Source: Eledone cirrhosa (Eukaryota). From it: a stretch of 64,000 bases of DNA. The translations under genes were made by a program, and so were the position numbers. Positions within the stretch are counted from its first letter, which is position 1; each line of letters opens with the position of its first letter. Below are positions 58,001-64,000 of the stretch, one piece after another. The DNA lies in the NCBI GenBank assembly GCA_964016885.1, contig OZ024743.1:142910001-142974000 (forward strand), written 5' to 3'. The notes beneath the pieces are model-generated. The model was not told the origin of the DNA and made no database searches. It worked only from the letters and a program-made list of their open reading frames with translations.

Positions 58001-60350
58001 GGTGTTTGGTGCTTGGTGCTTGGTATTTGGTGCTTGGTCTTTGGTGCTTGGTGTTTGGTGCTTGGTGCTTGGTGCTTGGTGTTTGGTGCTTGGTGCTTGG
58101 CGTTTAGTGCTTGGTGCTTGGTGATTGGTGCTTGTTGCTTGGTGCTTGGTGTTTGGTGCTTGGTGCTTGGTGTTTGGTGTTTGGTGTTTGCTGTTTGCTG
58201 TTTGGTGTTTGCTGTTTGGTGTTTGCTGTTTGGTGTTTGCTGTTTGCTGTTTGCTATTTGGTGTTTGGTGTTTGGTGTTTGCTGTTTGGTGTTTGGTGTT
58301 TGCTGTTTGGCGTTTGGTGTTTGGCGTTTGCTGTTTGGCATCTGGTGGTTGGCGTTTGCTGTTTGGCGTTTGTTGTTTGGTGTTTGTTGGTTGATGCTTG
58401 GTGTTTGCTGTTTGCTGTTTGTTTGGTGTTTGCTGTTTGGTGTTTGGTGTTTGGTGTTTGGTGTTTGCTGTTTGCTGTTTGGTGTTTGGTGTTTGGTCTT
58501 TGCTGTTTGGTGTTTGGTGTTTACTGTTTGGTGTTTGGTGTTTGGTGTTTGGTGTTTGGTGTTTGGTGTTTGGTGATTGGTGTTTGGTGTTTGGTGTTTG
58601 GTGTTTGGTGATTGGTGTTTGCTGTTTGGTGTTTGGTGCTTGGTGTTTGGTGTTTGGTGATTGGTGCTTGGTGTTTCGTGCTTGGTGCTCGGTGCTTGGT
58701 GTTTGGCGCTTGGTGCTTGGTGTTTGGTGTTTGGTGCTTGGTGTTTGGTGTTTGGTGCTTGGTGTTTTGTGCTTGGTGCTTGGTGCTTGGTGTTTGGTGT
58801 TTGGTGTTTGGTGTTTGCTGTTTGGTGTTTGCTGTTTGGTGTTCGCTGTTTGGTGTTTGGTGTTTGCTGTTTGGTGTTTGGTGTTTGCGGTTTGGTGTTT
58901 GCTATTTGGTGTTTGGTGTTTGGCGTTTGATGTTTGGCGTTTGATGTTTGTTGTTTGCTATTTGGTGTTTGATGTTTGGTGTTTGGTGTTTGGTGTTTGC
59001 TGTTTGATGTTTGGTGATTGGTGTTTGATGTTTGGTGTTTGGTGCTTGGTGCTTGGTGCTTGGTGCTTAGTGTTTTATGTTTAGCGCTTGGTGCTTGGTG
59101 TTTTGTGCTTGGTGCTTGGTGCTTGGTGTTTGGAGTTTGCTGCTTGGTGTTTGGTGTTTGGTGTTTGTTGCTTGCTGTTTGCTGTTTGGTGTTTGCTGTT
59201 TGGTGTTCGCTGTTTGGTGTTTGGTGTTTGCTGTTTGGTGTTTGGTGTTTGCGGTTTGGTGTTTGCTATTTGCTGTTTGGTGTTTGGCATTTGATGTTTG
59301 GCGTTTGTTGTTTGTTGTTTGCTGTTTGGTGTTTGATGTTTGGTGTTTGGTGTTTGGTGTTTGCTGTTTGATGTTTGGTGATTGGTGTTTGATGTTTGGT
59401 GTTTGGTGCTTGGTGCTTGGTGTTTTGTGCTTGGTGTTTGGTGCTTGGGGTTTGGTGCTTGGTGCTTGGTGATTGGTGTTTGGTGCTTGGTGCTTGGTGT
59501 TTGGTGTTTGGTGCTTGGAGCTTGGTGTTTGGTGTTTGGTGCTTGGTGCTTGGTGTTTGGTGCTTGGTGCTTGGTGCTTGGTGTTGGTGTTTGGTGCTTG
59601 GTGCTTGGTGCTTGGTGTTTGGTGTTTGGTGTTTGCTGTTTGCTCTTTGGTGTTTGCTGTTTGTTGTTTGCTGTTTGGTGTTTTGTGTTTGCTGTTTGGT
59701 GTTTGGAGTTTGCCCTTTGGTGTTTGCTATTTGGTGTTTGGTGTTTGCTGTTTGGTGTTTGCTGTTTGGTGTTTGGTGTTTGGTGTTTGCTGTTTGGTGT
59801 TTGCTCTTTGGTGCTTTGTGCTTGGTCTTTGGTTTTTGGTGCTTGGTGCTTGGTGTTTGGTGCTTTGTGCCTGGTGTTTGGTGTTTGGTGTTTGGTGTTT
59901 GGTCCTTGGTGCTTGGTGCTTGGTGTCTGGTGCTTGGTGCTTGGTGTTTGGTGTTTGGTGCTTGGTGCTTGGTGTTTGGTGTTTGGTGTTTGGTGCTTGG
60001 TGCTTGGTACTTGGTGTTTTGAGTTTGGTGCTTGGTGCTTGGTGCTTGGTGCTTGGTGTTTGGTGCTTGGTGCTTGATGCTTGGTGCATGATGCTTGGTG
60101 TTTGGTGTTTAGTGCTTGGTGCTTGGTATTTGGTGTTTGGTGCTTGGTTCTTGGTGTTTGGTGTTTGGTGCTTGGTGCTTGGTGTTTGGTGTTTGGTGTT
60201 TGGTGCTTGGTGCTTGGTGTTTGGTGATTGGTGCTTGGTACTTGGTGTTTGGTGCTCGGTGCTTGGTGCTTGGTGTTTCGTGCTTGGTGCTTGGTGTTTG
60301 GTCTTTGGCGCTTGGTGCTTGGTGTTTGGTGCTTGGTGCTTGGTGTTTGG
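55100..60350. repeat. Long-range copy of material found at about 38.7-45.8 kb, with only one copy of the 2124-bp unit
   Basis: ORF twins are 39388/55793, 40133/56538 (16405), 43667/58111 (14444), 44567/59018 and 44931/59382 (14451). CATCTGGTGG occurs at 58339. Confidence 0.85.
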
Positions 60351-63300
60351 TGTTTGGCGTATGGTGTTTGGTGCTTGGTGCTTGGTGCTTGGTTTTTGGT
60401 GTTTGGTGTTTGGTGCTTGGTGTTTGGTGTTTAGTGATTGGTGCTTGGTGTTTGGTGCTTGGTATTTGGTGCTTGGTGCTTGGTGTTTGGTGTTTGGAGT
60501 TTGCTGTTTGGTGTTTGGTGTTTGGTGTTTTGTGTTTGCTGTTTGGTGTTTGGAGTTTGCTCTTTGGTTTTTGCTATTTGGTGTTTGGTGTTTGCTGTTT
60601 GGTGTTGGCTGTTTGGTGTTTGGTGCTTGGTGTTTGGTGTTTGGTGCTTGGTGTTTTGTTTTTGCTCTTTGGTGCTTTGGGCTTGGTATTTGGTGTTTGG
60701 TGCTTGGTGCTTGGTGTTTGGTGTTTGGTGCTTGGTGCTTGGTGCTTGGTGTTTGGTGCTCGGTGCTTGGTGTTTGGTGTTTGGTGTTTGGTGCTTGGTG
60801 CTTGGTGCTTGGTGTTTTGTGCTTGGAGCCTGGTGTTTAGTGTTTGGTGCTTGGTGCTTGGTGTTTGGTGTTTGGTGCTTGGTGCTTGGTGTTTGGTGTT
60901 TGGTACTTGGTGCTTGGTGTTTGGTGCTTGGTGCTTGGTGCTTGGTGTTTGGTGCTTGGTGCTTGGTGTTTTGTGTTTGGTGCTTGGTTCTTGGTGTTTG
61001 GTGTTTGGTGATTGGTGCTTGGTGTTTGGTGCTTGGGGTTTCGTGCTTGGTGCTTGGTGATTGGTGTTTGGTGCTTGGTGCTTGGTGTTTGGTGCTTGGA
61101 GCTTGGTGTTTGGTATTTGGTGCTTGGTGCTTGGTGTTTGGTGCTTGGTGCTTGGTGTTGTTGTTTGGTGCTTGGTGCTTGGTGCTTGGTGTTTGGTGTT
61201 TGGTGTTTGCTGTTTGCTGTTTGGTGTTTGCTGTTTGGTGTTTGCTGTTTGGTGTTTGGTGTTTGGTGTTTGGTGCTTGGTGCTTGGTGTTTGATGTGTG
61301 GTGCTTGGTGCTTGGTGTTTGGTATTTGGTGCTTGATGCTTGGTGCTTGGTGCTTGGTGCTTCGTGTCTGATGCTTGGTGTTTGGTGCTTGGTGTTTGGT
61401 GCTTGGTGCTTGGTGCTTGGTGTTTGGTGCTTGGTGCTTGGTGCTTGGTGCTTGGTATTTGGTGTTTGGTGCTTGGTGCTTGGTGTTTGGTGTTTGGTGC
61501 TTGGTGCTTGGTGTTTGGTGTTTGGTGCTTCGTGCTTGGTGTTTGGTGATTGGTGCTTGGTGCTTGGTGTCTGGTGCTTGGTGCTTGGTGTTTGGTGTTT
61601 GGTGCTTGGTGCTTGGTGTTTGGTGTTTGGTGTTTGGTGCTTGGTGCTTGGTACTTGGTGTTTTGTGTTTGGTGCTTGGTGCTTGGTGCTTGGTGCTTGG
61701 TGTTTGGTGCTTGGTGCTTGATGCTTGGTGCTTGGTGTTTGGTGTTTAGTGCTTGGTGCTTGGTATTTGGTGTTTGGCGCTTGGTGATTGGTGTTTGGTG
61801 TTTGGTGCTTGGTGTTTGGTGCTTGGTGCTTGGTGTTTGGCGCTTGGTGCTTGGTGTTTTGTGCTTGGTGCTTGGTGCTTGGTGTTTGGAGTTTGCTGTT
61901 TGGTGTTCGCTGTTTGGTGTTTGGTGTTTCCTGTTTGGTGTTTGGTGTTTGCGGTTTGGTGTTTGCTATTTGGTGTTTGGTGTTTGGCGTTTGATGTTTG
62001 GCATTTGTTGTTTGTTGTTTGCTGTTTGGTGTTTGATGTTTGGTGTTTGGTGTTTGGTGTTTGCTGTTTGATGTTTGGTGATTGGTGTTTGATGTTTGGT
62101 GTTTGGTGCTTGGTGCTTGGTGCTTAGTGTTTTTTGTTTAGCGCTTGGTGCTTGGTGTTTTGTGCTTGGTGCTTGGTGCTTGGTGTTTGGTGCTTGGTTC
62201 TTGGTGTTTGGTGTTTGGTGATTGGTGCTTGGTGTTTGGTGCTTGGGGTTTGGTGCTTGGTGCTTGGTGATTGGTGTTTGTTGCTTGGTGCTTGGTATTT
62301 CGTGTTTGGTGCTTGGAGCTTGGTATTTGGTGTTTGGTGCTTGGTGCTTGGTGTTTGGTGTTTGGTGTTTGGTGCTTGGTGCTTGGTACTTGGTGTTTTG
62401 TGTTTGGTGCTTGGTGCTTGGTGCTTGGTGCTTGGTGTTTGGTGCTTGGTGCTTGATGCTTGGTGCTTGGTGCTTGGTGTTTGGTGTTTAGTGCTTGGTG
62501 CTTGGTATTTGGTATTTGGTGCTTGGTTCTTGGTGTTTGGTGTTTGGTGCTTGGTGCTAGGTGTTTGGTGTTTGGTGTTTGGTGCTTGGTGCTTGGTGTT
62601 TGGTGATTGGTGCTTGGTACTTGGTGTTTGGTGCTCGGTGCTTGGTGCTTGGTGTTTCGTGCTTGGTGCTTGGTGTTTGGTGCTTGGTGCTTGGTGTTTG
62701 TTGCTTGGTGCTTGGTGCTTGGTGTTTGGTGCTAGGTGCTTGGTGTTTGGTGTTTGGTGTTTGGTGCTTGGTGCTTGGTGCTTGGTGTTGGGTGCTTGGT
62801 GCTTGGTGTTTTGTGTTTGGTGCTTGGTTCTTGGTGTTTGGTGTTTGGTGATTGGTGCTTGGTGTTTGGTGCTTGGTGTTTGGTGCTTGGTGCTTGGTGA
62901 TTGGTGTTTGCTGCTTGGTGCTTGGTGTTTGGTGTTTGGTGCTTGGAGCTTGGTGTTTGGTGTTTGGTGCTTGGTGCTTGGTGTTTGGTGCTTGGTGCTT
63001 GGTGTTGTTGTTTGGTGCTTGGTACTTGGTGCTTGGTGTTTGGTGTTTGGTGTTTGCTGTTTGCTGTTTGGTGTTTGCTGTTTGGTGTTTGCTGTTTGGT
63101 GTTTGGTGTTTGATGTTTGGTGTTTGGTGCTTGGTGCTTTGTTTTTGCTCTTTGTTGCTTTGTGCTTGGTGTTTGGTGTTTGGTGCTTAGTGCTTGGTGT
63201 TTGGTGTTTGCTGCTTGGTGCTTGGTGCTTGCTGCTTGGTGCTTGGTGCCTGGTGTTTGGTGTTTGGTGTTTGGTGCTTGGTGCTTGGTGCTTTGTGTTT

Positions 63301-64000
63301 TTGGCTTGGTGCTTGGTGATTGGTGCTTGGTGCCTGGTGTTTGGTGTTTGGTGTTTGGTGCTTGGTGCTTGGTGTTTGGTATTTGGTGATTGGTGCTTCG
63401 TGTCTGGTGCTTGGTATTTGGTGCTTGGTGTTTGGTGCTTGGTGCTTGGTGCTTGGTGTTTGGTGCTTGGTGCTTGGTGCTTGGTATTTGGTGTTTGGTG
63501 CTTGGTGCTTGGTGTTTGGTGTTTGGTGCTTGGTGTTTGGTATTTGGTGCTTCGTGCTTGGTGTTTGGTGATTGGTGCTTGTTGTTTGGTGCTTGGTGTC
63601 TGGTGCTTGGTGCTTGGTGTTTGGTGTTTGGTGCTTGGTGCTTGGTGTTTGGTGTTTGGTGTTTGGTGCTTGGTGCTTGGTACTTGGTGTTTGGTGCTTG
63701 GTGCTTGGTGCTTGGTGTTTGGTGTTTGGTGCTTGGTGCTTGGTGTTTGGTGTTTGGTGCTTCGTGCTTGGTGTTTGGTGATTGGTGCTTGGTGCTTGGT
63801 GCTTGGTGTCTGGTGCTTGGTGCTTGGTGTTTGGTGTTTGGTGCTTGGTGCTTGGTGTTTGGTGTTTGGTGTTTGGTGCTTGGTGCTTGGTACTTGGTGT
63901 TTTGTGTTTGGTGCTTGGTGCTTGGTGCTTGGTGCTTGGTGTTTGGTGCTTGGTGCTTGATGCTTGGTGCTTGGTGCTTGGTGTTTGGTGTTTAGTGCTT

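Larger units (their letters stand above)
1..64000. repeat. Heptameric tandem satellite array (GGTGYTT)n / (AARCACC)n, roughly 9,100 monomers, running off both window ends
   Basis: Every line parses into 7-mers GGTGTTT or GGTGCTT, or variants 1-2 substitutions away. The orientation never changes and the + strand is G/T-rich and almost devoid of A. The copy number is simply 64000/7. Confidence 0.99.

Noticed and set aside
1-64000. Hundreds of ORFs, including 1172 aa (3512-7030, -), 729 aa (27064-29253, +) and 706 aa (22291-24411, +)
   Set aside because: All frames on both strands are open and give the same heptapeptide. There are no unique domains or codon-position bias, and starts and stops are just variant monomers copied with the HORs.
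1-64000. CRISPR array or repeat-spacer system
   Set aside because: There are no unique spacers, palindromic 23-47 bp repeats, leader or cas genes. All inter-landmark DNA is the same heptamer.
1-64000. Canonical G-quadruplex or i-motif array
   Set aside because: G tracts are mostly GG with 5-nt loops, and GGGG variants are isolated. At best weak two-tetrad structures could form, and this cannot be supported without experiments.
1-64000. Canonical telomerase-made telomere tract
   Set aside because: The unit matches no telomere repeat I recognise, and variants are copied in kb-scale blocks, which a short RNA template cannot generate.
1-64000. Cyanobacterial STRR heptamers or Drosophila virilis ACAAACT-type satellites
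   Set aside because: They share the unit length only. The consensus differs, and STRR tracts are short and lie between genes, not in 64-kb arrays.
1-64000. Pure sequencing artefact or random synthetic low-complexity sequence
   Set aside because: Reproducible rare variants, graded divergence between copies and nested duplications fit an evolved array. Exact copy numbers could still be misassembled.
1-64000. Hairpins, terminators, tRNA/rRNA, promoters, TE termini
   Set aside because: The near absence of A and the single orientation preclude long inverted repeats, and no non-satellite sequence was seen.

Overview
The whole 64-kb window is one uninterrupted, single-orientation tandem satellite array. 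The monomer is 7 bp, GGTGYTT, with two co-dominant forms GGTGTTT and GGTGCTT (minus strand AARCACC). I see no unique sequence, transposon insertion, inversion, RNA gene, CRISPR array or credible protein-coding gene. The ORFs in the track are artefacts of a stop-free heptamer, which gives LGAWCLV/FGVWCLV on + and STKHQAP/NTKHQTP on - in all three frames. The information is in the order of rare variant monomers (GCTGTTT, GGCGTTT, GGTGATT, GGGGCTT, GCTCTTT, GGTACTT, GGAGTTT, GGGATTT, CCTGGTT, GATGTTT and others). These variants form reusable cassettes and a nested hierarchy of higher-order repeats (HORs): 14/28 bp, about 210-360 bp, 1.1-1.4 kb, 2.1-2.8 kb, 4.2-4.6 kb and possibly 14.5-14.8 kb. 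The array splits into a left and a right sub-family domain with a transition at about 23.6-29.3 kb. This best fits eukaryotic heterochromatic satellite DNA (peri/centromeric or subtelomeric), but neither organism nor function can be determined from the sequence, and I cannot support a new gene-encoded system. Block boundaries were read by eye and from ORF-track offsets and are approximate (about +/-100 bp).
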